This document shows positions 1 through 17,549 of a DNA stretch of 64,000 nt, one piece after another. The position numbers and the translations under genes are program-made. Positions within the stretch are counted from its first letter, which is position 1; every line of letters starts with the position of its first letter. Source of the DNA: Eledone cirrhosa (lineage: Eukaryota); the NCBI GenBank assembly GCA_964016885.1, contig OZ024744.1, positions 112,344,001 through 112,408,000 on the forward strand. The letters are read 5' to 3'. The notes beneath the pieces are model-generated. The model was not told the origin of the DNA and made no database searches. It worked only from the letters and a program-made list of their open reading frames with translations.

Positions 1-1460
1 ACAACTGTTCTATTTATCTACTTATCTATTTATTCTATATATTACAACTGTTCTATTTATCTATTTATCTATTTATTCTATATATTACAACTGTTCTATT
101 TATCTACTTATCTATTTATTCTATATATTACAACTGTTCTATTTATCTATTTATCTATTTATTCTATATATTACAACTGTTCTATTTATCTATTTATTCT
201 ATATATTACAACTGTTCTATTTAACTATTTATTCTATATATTACAACTGTTCTATTTATCTACTTATCTATTTATTCTATATATTACAACTGTTCTATTT
301 ATCTATTTATTCTATATATTACAACTGTTCTATTTATCTATTTATTCTATATATTACAACTGTTCTATTTATCTATTTATTCTATATATTACAACTGTTC
401 TATTTAACTATTTATTCTATATATTACAACTGTTCTATTTATCTATTTATTCTATATATTACAACTGTTCTATTTATCTATTTATCTATTTATTCTATAT
501 ATTACAACTGTTCTATTTATCTATTTATTCTATATATTACAACTGTTCTATTTATCTATTTATTCTATATATTATAACTGTTCTATTTATCTATTTATTC
601 TATATATTACAACTGTTCTATTTATCTATTTATTCTATATATTACAACTGTTCTATTTATCTATTTATCTATTTATTCTATATATTACAACTGTTCTATT
701 TATCTATTTATTCTATATATTACAACTGTTCTATTTATCTATTTATTCTATATATTACAACTGTTCTATTCATCTATTTATTCTATATATTAGAACTGTT
801 CTATTTATCTATTTATTCTATATATTACAACTGTTCTATTTATCTATTTATTCTATATATTACAACTGTTCTATTTATCTATTTATCTATTTATTCTATA
901 TATTACAACTGTTCTATTTATCTATTTATCTATTTATTCTATATATTACAACTGTTCTATTTATCTATTTATTCTATATATTATAACTGTTCTATTTATT
1001 CTATATATTACAACTGTTCTATTTATCTATTTATCTATTTATTCTATATATTACAACTGTTCTATTTATCTATTTATCTATTTATTCTATATATATTACA
1101 ACTGTTCTATTTATCTATTTATTCTATTTATCTATTTATCTATTTATTCTATATATTACAACTGTTCTATTTATCTATTTATCTATTTATTCTATATATA
1201 TTACAACTGTTCTATTTATCTATTTATTCTATATATTACAACTGTTCTATTTATCTATTTATCTATTTATTCTATATATTACAACTGTTCTATTTATCTA
1301 TTTATCTATTTATTCTATATATATATTACAACTGTTCTATTTATCTATTTATTCTATATATTACAACTGTTCTATTTATCTATTTATCTATTTATTCTAT
1401 ATATTACGACTGTTCTATTTATCTATTTATCTATTTATTCTATATATTACAACTGTTCTG
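1..1460. repeat. AT-rich minisatellite, 35/43-bp unit (ACAACTGTTCTATTTATCTA[TTTATCTA]TTTATTCTATATATT)
   Basis: Direct tandem copies whose length varies with the copy number of an internal 8-bp TTTATCTA; the array runs off the window start. Confidence 0.95.
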
Positions 1461-1845
1461 TTTATGTATTATCCATTCATATTTGGCAATAAGATTTAGG
1501 GTGTGGTCATCCATTTTCAGTAGCAACAGTGGCTAGATGTACTTAGAAGAACAACAATAACAAACTAGATCAGTCCACATAGCTGAAACAGGTGTGGTAA
1601 TGTGTTTTCTGCATCAAATCATGTATCATATCTCTAACACAGATGCCATGCTCCACTGATTTTTTTTTTCTTTTTCACAAAATGCTTTCATTGAAATTTT
1701 ATAAAGAAAAATAACAATTCAATAAAGGAACAAAAGAATGTGGATTTTTTACTTGTTGCACTCCCTTCCTTTTCTTGTGTGTTTTTTATGTGTGTGTATA
1801 TATATATATATATACATACATATATATATATATACATATATATAC

Positions 1846-1880
<35 letters not shown>

Positions 1881-1944
1881 CATATATATATACATATATA
1901 TATACATATATATACATACATATATATACATATATATATACATA

Positions 1945-2144
1945 NNNNNNNNNNNNNNNNNNNNNNNNNNNNNNNNNNNNNNNNNNNNNNNNNNNNNNNN
2001 NNNNNNNNNNNNNNNNNNNNNNNNNNNNNNNNNNNNNNNNNNNNNNNNNNNNNNNNNNNNNNNNNNNNNNNNNNNNNNNNNNNNNNNNNNNNNNNNNNNN
2101 NNNNNNNNNNNNNNNNNNNNNNNNNNNNNNNNNNNNNNNNNNNN
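1945..2144. other. Assembly gap (200 N)
   Basis: Run of N. Confidence 0.99.
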
Positions 2145-2270
2145 GGCGGAGGTGGTGAGAACAGACCTCAGATCATTGAAGCTCACGGTGGAGATGACGA
2201 GGGACCGTGACGAGTGGAGAGATGCTGTGCAAGCAGGGAAAAGTGGACGTAAAATGATGATGATGATGAT
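2145..2270 (+). mobile_element. RTE LINE 3'-end fragment with (GAT)n tail
   Basis: Encodes [27 protein letters not shown], similar to the C-terminus of the 11291-11728 ORF; ends GGACGTAAAATGATGATG. Confidence 0.75.
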
Positions 2271-3208
<938 letters not shown>

Positions 3209-3265
3209 TCTCGTTTCTGAATTTGTTTAGCAAGATTCTTTATCTGAAATCGTGTGTTGAAACCG

Positions 3266-3832
3266 ATATTGTTATACTTTGGGAGGGTCATGTTGCCAAT
3301 AAGAAACACACGCACCAGTTGCTTTCACTTCAATTTAATTTAATATATATTTATAAATTTACAAATTTATAAATAAATTTATAAATTTATAAATTTCTGG
3401 TTGGTTGGTTGGTTCCACAACCAGATAGTTGTTTATATATATATAGTCATAGTTCTTTCGTCACACACTCTGTGACCTCTTCAGTGACTGGGGATTTCTT
3501 TCTTCGTTTCTGTGCCTTTCCTTTCTTCTATCCTACGCCATTTTGTTTGTGTGTCAATGGCGTAGGATAGAAGAAAGGAAAGGCACAGAAACGAAGAAAG
3601 AAATCCCCAGTCACTGAAGAGGTCACAGAGTGTGTGACGAAAGAACTATGACTATATATATATAAACAACTATCTGGTTGTGGAACCAACCAACCAACCA
3701 GAAATTTATAAATTTATAAATTTATTTATAAATTTGTAAATTTATAAATATATATTAAATTAAATTGAAGTGAAAGCAACTGGTGCGTGTGTTTCTTATT
3801 GGCAACATGACCCTCCCAAAGTATAACAATAT
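3266..3832. repeat. Near-perfect inverted repeat, about 277-bp arms and 13-nt loop; Penelope pLTR-like
   Basis: 3266-3542 is the reverse complement of 3556-3832; loop TTGTTTGTGTGTC. Confidence 0.93.
3609..3653 (+). ncRNA. Minimal type I hammerhead ribozyme motif (mirror copy on - strand at 3445-3489)
   Basis: AGTCA-CTGAAGA-G-GTCAC-agagtgt-GTGAC-GAAA-GAAC-TA-TGACT: stem I AGTCA/TGACT, intact core, stem II GTCAC/GTGAC, minimal stem III. Confidence 0.7.
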
Positions 3833-5138
<1,306 letters not shown>

Positions 5139-5714
5139 ACACCTCTCCAAGACAATGTCACTGGACCGAGACCTTTGGCGGTACTCAGTAATAGAGAAGA
5201 CCCGCCTTACCTAAATACAAAGTAAAAACCTACTACAGTCAGTAGGCACCTCTATCAAAACACACCCCCGTCCCACCACCTCCACCCCACCCACACCGCC
5301 CCTTTCAATGTAAAGTTATGTTGGTCCCACAACAACCAGGCCGAAACAAATGAGATCGTGTAGGTGTCACGACAAAAAACACACAGTCCACGCTGTAAAT
5401 GTGGCCGTGTAGGCAACACGGTAAAAACCTCCCAGCCCCACACTGTAAATGTGGTTGGTGTTAGGAAGGGCATCCAGCTGTAGAAAACTCGCCAGACAGT
5501 CCACGCTGTAATGTGGCCGTGTAGGCAACACGGTAAAAACCTCCCAGCCCCACACTGTAAATGTGGTTGGTGTTAGGAAGGGCATCCAACTGTAGAAAAC
5601 CCGCCAGACAGTCCTATGCGAGCAAGACAACCACTCTTGCCTCAAGTGGGAAAACCCCCGTCCAAACCCATGCAAGCGTGGAACACGGACGCTAAACCTG
5701 ATGATGATGATGAT
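5139..5714 (+). mobile_element. RTE family A 3' fragment with tandem duplication in the 3' UTR and (GAT)n tail
   Basis: [24 protein letters not shown] and 3' UTR nearly identical to 11650-12091. Confidence 0.9.
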
Positions 5715-9018
<3,304 letters not shown>

Positions 9019-11728
9019 CTGCATACGCGCCCCAATCCGGACTGCCTGGCCCTATAAAAGACAGATTCTATGAGACACTGATGTTCACTACCTCCCAAAT
9101 AACCGACAGTGACTATATAATTATTGCTGGCGACCTAAATGGTCACGTTGGACAACATTGTGATGGCTATGACGGAATCCACGGAGGCTATGGGTTTGGT
9201 ACTAGAAACGAGGAAGGCTCCAGAATCCTGGAATTCTGTGATGCGAACAACCTAACTATCTGTAACACTAACTTCAAAAAACGAGACAATCACTTGATCA
9301 CCTACAGATCAGGAGAACATACCAGCCAAGTAGATTATATCCTTACCAGAAGACGTGACAGAGTGTCTGTTGTAAACACTAAAGAATGCACCTCCCAACA
9401 TAGACTGATAATTAGCGACCTCATAGTCAGGACGAGACGTACTAGACAGCAGAAGAGGACTATCCTCAGAAGAAAAATATGGAAGCTAAAGGATCCCACA
9501 GCCAGAAATAAATTTCAAAGCATATTACTTGATGCTTTCGACAGTAAGGAAGAGCAATTAGAGTCGTACAAGGTAGAGGAACAGTGGGAATTCCTGAAAG
9601 CAAACCTGCTGATGGCGGCAGACGAAGTCTGTGGCTGGAGCAGGCCTGTAGGCAGGCGGAGAGTAACATGGTGGTGGAACAGTAAGGTGGAGGGGTCTAT
9701 CAAGGCCAAAAAGCAGGCTTGGAAAGCATGGCGGGATGGGGGAAGTAGAGAAGACTATCAAGTGGCCAGGAGGGAAGCTAGGAGACAAGTGTACTTCGCA
9801 AGAAGGGAAGCAGAGGAAAGAAAGTTCAAGCATGTTCTACAAGGCGAGGACCAAAAACATGAGGTGTTCAGGATTGCGAGGCAATGTGTCAAGGAAAACC
9901 GTGATATTGTCGGGGAGAAGTGTGTACTTAACGATGATGGCATACTTGCCATCACTGACGCTGATAAGAAGGTAGCTTGGAAGTGTCACTATGAAAGGCT
10001 ACTAAATGAGGAGAATAAATGGGAGAAAGACAGTCTCCCCCACATCGATCCAAGACAGGGACCAGCAGTGTTAGTCGAAGGTAGTATAATAAGTAAGGCA
10101 ATCAAAGATATGAAGACGGGTAGGGCGGCTGGGCCTTCGGAAATAGTTGCTGAGATGCTGAAAGCCTCCGGTACGGTGGGACACACCATGGTCACCCGGA
10201 TAGTAAACCAAGTCATACAGAACGGGGTTGTTCCGAAGGAGTGGCGTAGCAGCATCATCGTTAAATGTTACAAGGGTAAAGGAGACGCTCTAGATAGGAG
10301 TAACTATAGAGGCATTAAATTAATCGACCAGGTCATGAAGGTCACGGAAAAAGTAATAGCGCAACTAATCAGAGAGAGAATTGATCTAGATGAAATGCAG
10401 TTCGGGTTTGTGTCAGGTAAAAGTACCGCAGACGCTCTTTTCATTGTACGACAACTACAGGAGAAGTACCTAGCTAAAAGTAAACCCCTATACTTAGCTT
10501 TTGTCGACTTGGAGAAAGCCTTCGACAGAGTCCCTCGTTCCATTATCTGGTGGGCTCTTAGAAAACTAGGTGTTGACGAATGGCTTGTGAGAGCCATACA
10601 AGCCATGTATAAAGAAACAGTCAGCAAGGTTAGAATTAACAACGAATATAGTGAAGAGTTTAGCGTAAAAGTTGGTGTCCATCAGGGCTCTGTTCTTAGC
10701 CCCCTACTATTTATTATTGCCCTTCAGGCTATAACAGAGGAGTTCAAGACCGGCTGCCCATGGGAACTCCTATACGCAGATGATCTAACGCTCATAGCTG
10801 AATTATTGGCTGAGCTAGAGAAGAAATTCCAAACATGGAAGCACGGCCTAGAATCAAAAGGCCTTAAAATTAACCTGGCTAAGACTAAAGTTCTAGTTTG
10901 TGGGAAAGAAAATAAGGCACCGGTCCCCTCCGGGAAATGGCCATGCTCGGTGTGTAGGAAAGGCGTAGGTAGAAACTCCATTTTATGTCCCAAATGCAAA
11001 GTATGGGTGCATAAAAGATGTAGTGGGATCACAGGTAAGCTAACTAAGAACATAGATTTTACATGTGGCCGGTGTTCTGGTGCAATAAATAGCAGCAAGT
11101 GCCCACAAAATACTAGCTCTTTCAATTGCGCAGAGGGTTCTATAGAAATAGTGGACAGCTTCCGTTACCTGGGTGACAAAATCAGCAGTGGGGGAGGGTG
11201 CTCTGAAAGTACAGTAGCTAGAGTCAGAACTGGATGGAAAAAGTTCAGAGAGCTTATACCACTATTAGCCGCTAAAGGTTCTCCCTAAAAATGAAAGGCA
11301 GGTTGTATGATGCCTGCATACGAACAGCAATGTTGCATGGCAGTGAGAGCTGGGCATTGTGTGCAGAGGATATACGCAAGCTAGAGAGGAACGAAGCTTG
11401 CATGCTCCGCTGGATGTGTAATAGTAATATACGTGAACGGCAAAGCATAAACGAGCTAAGGAAAAAATTAGAAATAAGAGGGATCAGATGTTGTTTACTC
11501 GAGAGAAGGCTACGTTGGTATCGTCACATGATGCGCATGAAAGACGACAGCTGTATAACAAAGTGCAGGGCAATAAAGATAGATGGTAGCCACGGAGTAG
11601 GCAGACCCAGGAAAACCTGGGACGAGCTGATAAATTCCGACCTCACACACTTACACCTCTCCAAGACAATGTCACTGGACCGAGACCTTTGGCGGTACTC
11701 AGTAACAGAGAAGACCCGCCTTACATAA
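9019..11728 (+). pseudogene. RTE ORF (APE-RT-PHD), 5'-truncated with a 1-nt frameshift near 11280
   Basis: ORFs 8955-11288 and 11291-11728 are contiguous in the copy at 23712 (AAAGGGTTCTCC there versus AAAGGTTCTCC here). Confidence 0.9.
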
Positions 11729-12088
11729 ATACAAAGTAAAACCTACTAGTCAGTAGGCATCTCTAACAAAATACACCCTCGTCCCACCCAATCCACACCG
11801 CCCCCTTCAATGCAAAGTTATGTTGGTGCCACACCATCCAGGCCGAAACAAATGAGATCGTGTAGGTGTCACGAAAAAAAAAAACACAACACAGTCCACG
11901 CTGTAAATGTGGCCGTGTAGGCAACACGGTAAAAACGTCCCAGTCCCACACTGTAAATGTGGTTGGTGTTAGGAAGGGCATCCAACTGTAGAAAACCCGC
12001 CAGACAGTCCTTGCCTCAAGTGGGAAAACCCCCATCCAAACCCATGCAAGCGTGGAACAGGGACGTTAAACGATGATGATGATGATGA

Positions 12089-12091
<3 letters not shown>
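9019..12091 (+). mobile_element. RTE-clade LINE (family A), 5'-truncated, flanked by (TA)n
   Basis: Partial APE endonuclease ([19 protein letters not shown]), RT ([37 protein letters not shown]), 3' UTR, (GAT)n tail. Confidence 0.95.
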
Positions 12092-12139
<48 letters not shown>

Positions 12140-12167
12140 TATATAAGTATATATATATATAAATATA

Positions 12168-12302
12168 GAGATTCCTAATGATTTCTAAAGAATGAAACAG
12201 TTCTAGTCCTGTAGAATCTCATCTATATTAACACTTTTATACTCTGCAATGTATTGAGTACCTTACTTACTGTGGTTACCTCCGATTCAACCCGGAATAA
12301 CG
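12168..12302 (+). mobile_element. Penelope pLTR-like fragment with mutated hammerhead (CTAATGA core)
   Basis: GAGATTC-CTAATGA-TTTCTAAAGAAT-GAAACAG..CTGTA-GAATCTC; homologous to 28662-29105. Confidence 0.65.
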
Positions 12303-12327
12303 TATATATATAAATATATATATATAA

Positions 12328-12402
<75 letters not shown>

Positions 12403-12863
12403 TACGTGTGTATAATGGTAGCTATGGTGCTTCCATAGGCGGTATGCCAAAATTAGCACTCAATACTCATACAGAGTAGAGTGTGAATAGTATAAAAAAC
12501 TGAAAAACCAGTGATGCATCTGGACTCAGTTTATTGCGTGTTACAATTGTTTCACCGGCAGGTAGCTCGAGACATGATCACTGTATCGATCTGGCTGATT
12601 CTACGGCTGCAGGTTCCTTCGGACACATGCAATTCGTTCGGAGCAAATTTTCTCACTGTGGTGTTATCGTCAGAAAACACCTTGAAAAAACATCTTCCAC
12701 TCTTGTCATGCCATTGGCTGTTATTATTCTACGCCATCATAAGTTCTGGTCACTATTTACTACCACACGGGTCATCAGCCATTTTCCGTCCGACACACTT
12801 CAATGGAGCCATGCTGGGTTTCGTATCTCATACGTCTGTTCACACTCCAGAGTATGTACCCAC

Positions 12864-13280
12864 ATATGGTGGCTGCCAACTCGTTTTCGAGTACGGCCAC
12901 TACTTTATATCCATGTAGGAGAACCCCTACCGATGCGCTGAACGAGTGTGACTTTTTAGTCCAGCCAGCGACTTGAAAACTCTGGTACTAACACTACACC
13001 TGTGACAATTACTGACACATAGTGCTGGGCCCATGGTACCATGTGACGACAAGTGCAGAGAGATCTCCAGATATAAAGCAATGCCTGTGCCGTGAAGCTT
13101 TTATAGTGAGCAAAGGCACTGCACAAAGCCAGTCCCACTCTCTTAACCAAGATGATATTTACCAAAAAGAAGAACAAGTCATCATCATTGGATACCATCA
13201 GGGTTGCAGGTGTTATATCAGAGTTTTCCTTCTCCTTGAATTCTGCCTTGACAAAGGCTAAGGAGTCATCTCTCTCGGTG
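12864..13280 (-). mobile_element. Non-autonomous RTE-derived element, 5'-truncated copy
   Basis: Near-identical to 26712-27130; 3' end CTCGAAAACGAG..GGCAGCCACCAT resembles the 3' end of the C2H2-RTE. Confidence 0.7.
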
Positions 13281-13328
13281 ATATATATATATATATACAT
13301 ACATATATACATACATATATATATATAT

Positions 13329-13361
<33 letters not shown>

Positions 13362-13370
13362 CATACATAT

Positions 13371-13402
<32 letters not shown>

Positions 13403-13432
13403 ATACATATACACATATATATATATATATAT

Positions 13433-13473
<41 letters not shown>

Positions 13474-13777
13474 CATATACACATATATATATATATATAC
13501 ATACATATATATATACACATATATATATATATATACATACATATATATATACACATATATATACACATATATATATACACATATATATATACACATATAT
13601 ACATACATATATATATACACATATATACATACATATATATACACATATATACATACATATATATATATACACATATATACATACATATATATATATACAC
13701 ATATATACATACATATATATATATACACATATATACATACATATATATATATATACACATATATACATACATATATA

Positions 13778-13834
13778 TATGATGGCTGCCCCCTCGTTAT
13801 CGAGTATGGCCATTGCACAAAAAAAAAAAAAAAA

Positions 13835-13877
<43 letters not shown>

Positions 13878-15292
13878 GCAATAATAATAATAACGACAAC
13901 AACAATAATAATATACATATTCATATATATATACACACACACGCACGCACATAAGCATATCTACACACACACACACACACAAACACACGATAGCAACTAA
14001 CAGTGCTGCGATCGAATGTGGCTTTTTAGCCCAGCCAATGATCCAAAATGTCTTGCACAGAGTCGGCAACCAAAACATTTACTGGGAATAGTCGGCTGTG
14101 GTTGGAGTTCGTGTACTTTTGCATGTCGCTTGAGTCCTCCTGCTGATTTACATTCTCTACCACATGTTTGGCAAGCATGATGAGTAGCATCTCCAACAGC
14201 AGCCTGGTAGTCAACCACTGGTCTTACTTTATGACTGCGAAGATGACTTTCGAGTCCAGCTTTGCTTAGGCAGAGTCTCGCACAGACGCTGCATGTCAGA
14301 AACATAGGAGGACCCTCGCCGTCTGGAAGTGCAACAGCAATACCCTTCCTCACGTCCCGCTTTACTTTCTCGTGTGCGATTCGAGATGCCTCAAAGGCAA
14401 CTTTTCCCTCATATACAGTCTTTCTCCATTTATTACGATCAGCAGCAATATTTTCCCATGTATCAGCAGAGATGTTAGCGTCTTTCAGAGAGGCCTTCAA
14501 GGAATCCTTATACCTCTTTTTTGGTTTATGTGGCGGTCGTTTTCCTTTAACCAACTCTCCATAGAAGAGTTGTTTTGGTATTCTAGAATCCTTCATCCTG
14601 GCAAGGTGACCACTCCAACGGAGTCGCTGCTTAAGCACAAGAGCTTCTATACTGTCACACATAGAGCTTTCCAAAATCTCGACATCACTGATGTGGTCCC
14701 TCCAGCGAACGCCATGTATCCGTCTGAGACACATCTGATGGAAACGCTCCAATTGCTTAAGGTGGCGTCGATATGCGACCCAGGTCTCGCAGGCATAAAG
14801 AAGACAAGAGAGTACACATGCCCTGTACACCTTTACCTTTGTCCTCCTGCATATGTCTCGCCGACCCCAGAGTCGCCTTTCTAGCTTTCCGAAAGCATCA
14901 CTTGCTTTCCTAATCCTAAGTGAGATTTCACTGTCAAGGTTGCCGTATCGATTGACAGTGCTTCCCAGGTAGACAAACTGATCAACCACTCCAAGTCGTT
15001 TGCCATACACATAGATGTTTGGTTCAGTGTACTGCCTACCAGGTGCAGGTTGGTACATGACGACGGTTTTCTTGAGACTGACAGTCAAACCCAGGGCAGT
15101 GCAAGCGTCAGAAAATACATTCAAAATGTGCTGCATATCACTCTCTGTGTGCGCTACAAGATCGCAATCATCTGCATACAAGAGGTCTCTTATGACTGAT
15201 GTAAATACTTTTGTCTTCGCAGCAAAGCGCCTGATGTTAAATATGCTGCCTGAGGTTCGATATCGGATGTAAACACCATGCTCGCAATTCCT
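13778..15292 (-). mobile_element. RTE-clade LINE (family B), 5'-truncated, RT C-terminal half plus three C2H2 zinc fingers
   Basis: LYADD, FVYLGS, LLYACETW, RLRWSGH, then three CxxC-x12-H-x3/4-H fingers; ORF stop at 13997; 3' UTR interrupted by simple repeats; flanked by (TA)n. Confidence 0.9.
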
Positions 15293-15358
15293 GTATATAT
15301 ATATACACATATATATATACACATATATACATATATATATACACATATATACATACAC

Positions 15359-15395
<37 letters not shown>

Positions 15396-15398
15396 CAT

Positions 15399-15591
15399 AT
15401 ATTATAATGAAATGACAGGAGGCTGGACTTGTGTAAATCCTTGAAAGGTTTATTATACTATGATCATTTCAATGACCGGGTTCCGTATGAATCCGGTATT
15501 CATACGGAACCCGGTCATTGAAATGATCATAGTATAATAAACCTTTCAAGGATTTACACAAGTCCAGCCTCCTGTCATGTCATTATAATAT
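15399..15591. repeat. Inverted repeat, about 94-bp arms and 5-nt loop
   Basis: 15399-15492 versus 15498-15591 with one mismatch; a related sequence lies on the - strand near 34010-34130. Confidence 0.9.
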
Positions 15592-15729
15592 TTAACTCCG
15601 TAATAGCACCACCAACTACAAAAACAAAGACGGTTGAACTGCTTTACGTTGAGTACTCTCTATATTATTACATTACGATTGACCATACGGAATAGACCAG
15701 CTCTATACAGTGGTGAACCTCAAACCTGA

Positions 15730-15804
15730 ATATATATATATATATACATATAGATATATATATGTATATATATATATATGTATATATATATGTATGTATA
15801 TATG

Positions 15805-15838
<34 letters not shown>

Positions 15839-15839
15839 T

Positions 15840-15874
<35 letters not shown>

Positions 15875-15883
15875 CATATATAC

Positions 15884-15914
<31 letters not shown>

Positions 15915-15929
15915 CATATATATATATAC

Positions 15930-15998
<69 letters not shown>

Positions 15999-16248
15999 TA
16001 CATATATATATATATACATATATATATACACATATATATATACATATATACATACATATATATATACACATATATATATATATACATACACATATATATA
16101 TACATATATATATACACATATATATATATATATACACATATATATATATATACACATATATATATATACATATATATATACACATACATACACATATATA
16201 TATATACATATAGACATACATATATATACATATATATATACACATATA

Positions 16249-16280
<32 letters not shown>

Positions 16281-16473
16281 CACATATATATACATATATA
16301 TATACACATACATACACATATATATATATACATATAGACATACATATATATATATACATATAGACATACATATATATATATATACATATATACACATACA
16401 TATATATATATATATACATACATATATATATACATATATATATATATACATATATACATACATATATATATAC

Positions 16474-16520
<47 letters not shown>

Positions 16521-16537
16521 CATATATACATACATAT
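15730..16537. repeat. (TA)n/(TACA)n microsatellite
   Basis: Seen directly. Confidence 0.95.
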
Positions 16538-16904
16538 CATCATCATCATCATCACCGTTTTACGTCCGTTCTTCCACGCTAGCATGGGTTAGACGGGTTG
16601 TCCTGTTGTGGGCAGTGTCTGGTCGGCTGACCATGCCTTGCTCATACAGGAACTGATCTGGCTTGATTTCTACAGCTGGATGCCCTTCCTAACACCAACC
16701 TCATTTACAGTGAGTGCTGGGTGCTTTTTCGTGGCGCCTACACGTCCACTTTACAGTGTGGGCTGGGTGCTTTTTTGCCGTGGCACCTCCACGACCACCT
16801 TGCGGTGGGGGGGGGGGCATATTGTTTATATGCTTCAGCATGTACCCATGGGAGGTCGGGTACCCTGTATTACTGCGTGACGCCAGAAGTCACGGTCGTG
16901 TGTC
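16538..16904 (-). mobile_element. RTE 3' UTR fragment of a related subfamily, (GAT)n tail
   Basis: Shares GGTGTTAGGAAGGGCATCCAGCTGTAGAAA and the terminal segment with family A; second copy at 20821-21145. Confidence 0.8.
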
Positions 16905-16932
16905 ATATATATATATATACATATATATATAC

Positions 16933-16969
<37 letters not shown>

Positions 16970-16982
16970 CATATATATATAC

Positions 16983-17019
<37 letters not shown>

Positions 17020-17367
17020 CATATATACATACATATATATATACATATATATATATATACATATATACATACATATATGTATATACATATATACATACAT
17101 ATATATATATACATATATACATACATATATATGTATATACATATATACATACATATATATATATATACATATGCACATACATATATATGTACATATACAC
17201 ATACATATATACAAACATATATATATATATATACATACATATATATATATACATATATACATATATATACATATATACATATATATACATATATATATAC
17301 ATATATATATATACACATATACACATATACATATATATACACATATATATACATATATACATATATA

Positions 17368-17445
17368 TGAGTTTTTCATCCTCAGTGTATACTGATTAAT
17401 GTTCAGAGCCATCCTCAGCATTCTCGTGTAGCACCCATCCACCGG
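17368..17445 (-). mobile_element. Short internal fragment of another LINE ORF
   Basis: [14 protein letters not shown] motif typical of the post-RT region of RTE-like elements. Confidence 0.5.
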
Positions 17446-17487
17446 TGTGGAAGTCGGACCTTCGTAGAGACCTGAAAATCCGCAGAC

Positions 17488-17546
17488 CTGAACTCACAAC
17501 CTTTCAATTACAAGGCCAATGCTCTAACCACTAAGCCATGTGCACC
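17488..17546 (-). mobile_element. tRNA-derived SINE head fragment (family 1)
   Basis: Reverse complement contains TGGCTTAGTGGTTAGAGCA (A box) and GAGTTCA (B box). Confidence 0.7.
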
Positions 17547-17549
17547 CTT

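Noticed and set aside
9466-11125. Antisense ORFs over the RTE ORFs (also 23841-25748)
   Set aside because: Shadow frames of the RT coding strand with no recognisable motifs
12530-12700. Hammerhead on the - strand (CTGACGA ... GAAACAATTGTA)
   Set aside because: The halves are more than 100 nt apart and stem I does not pair next to the core; at most a decayed remnant
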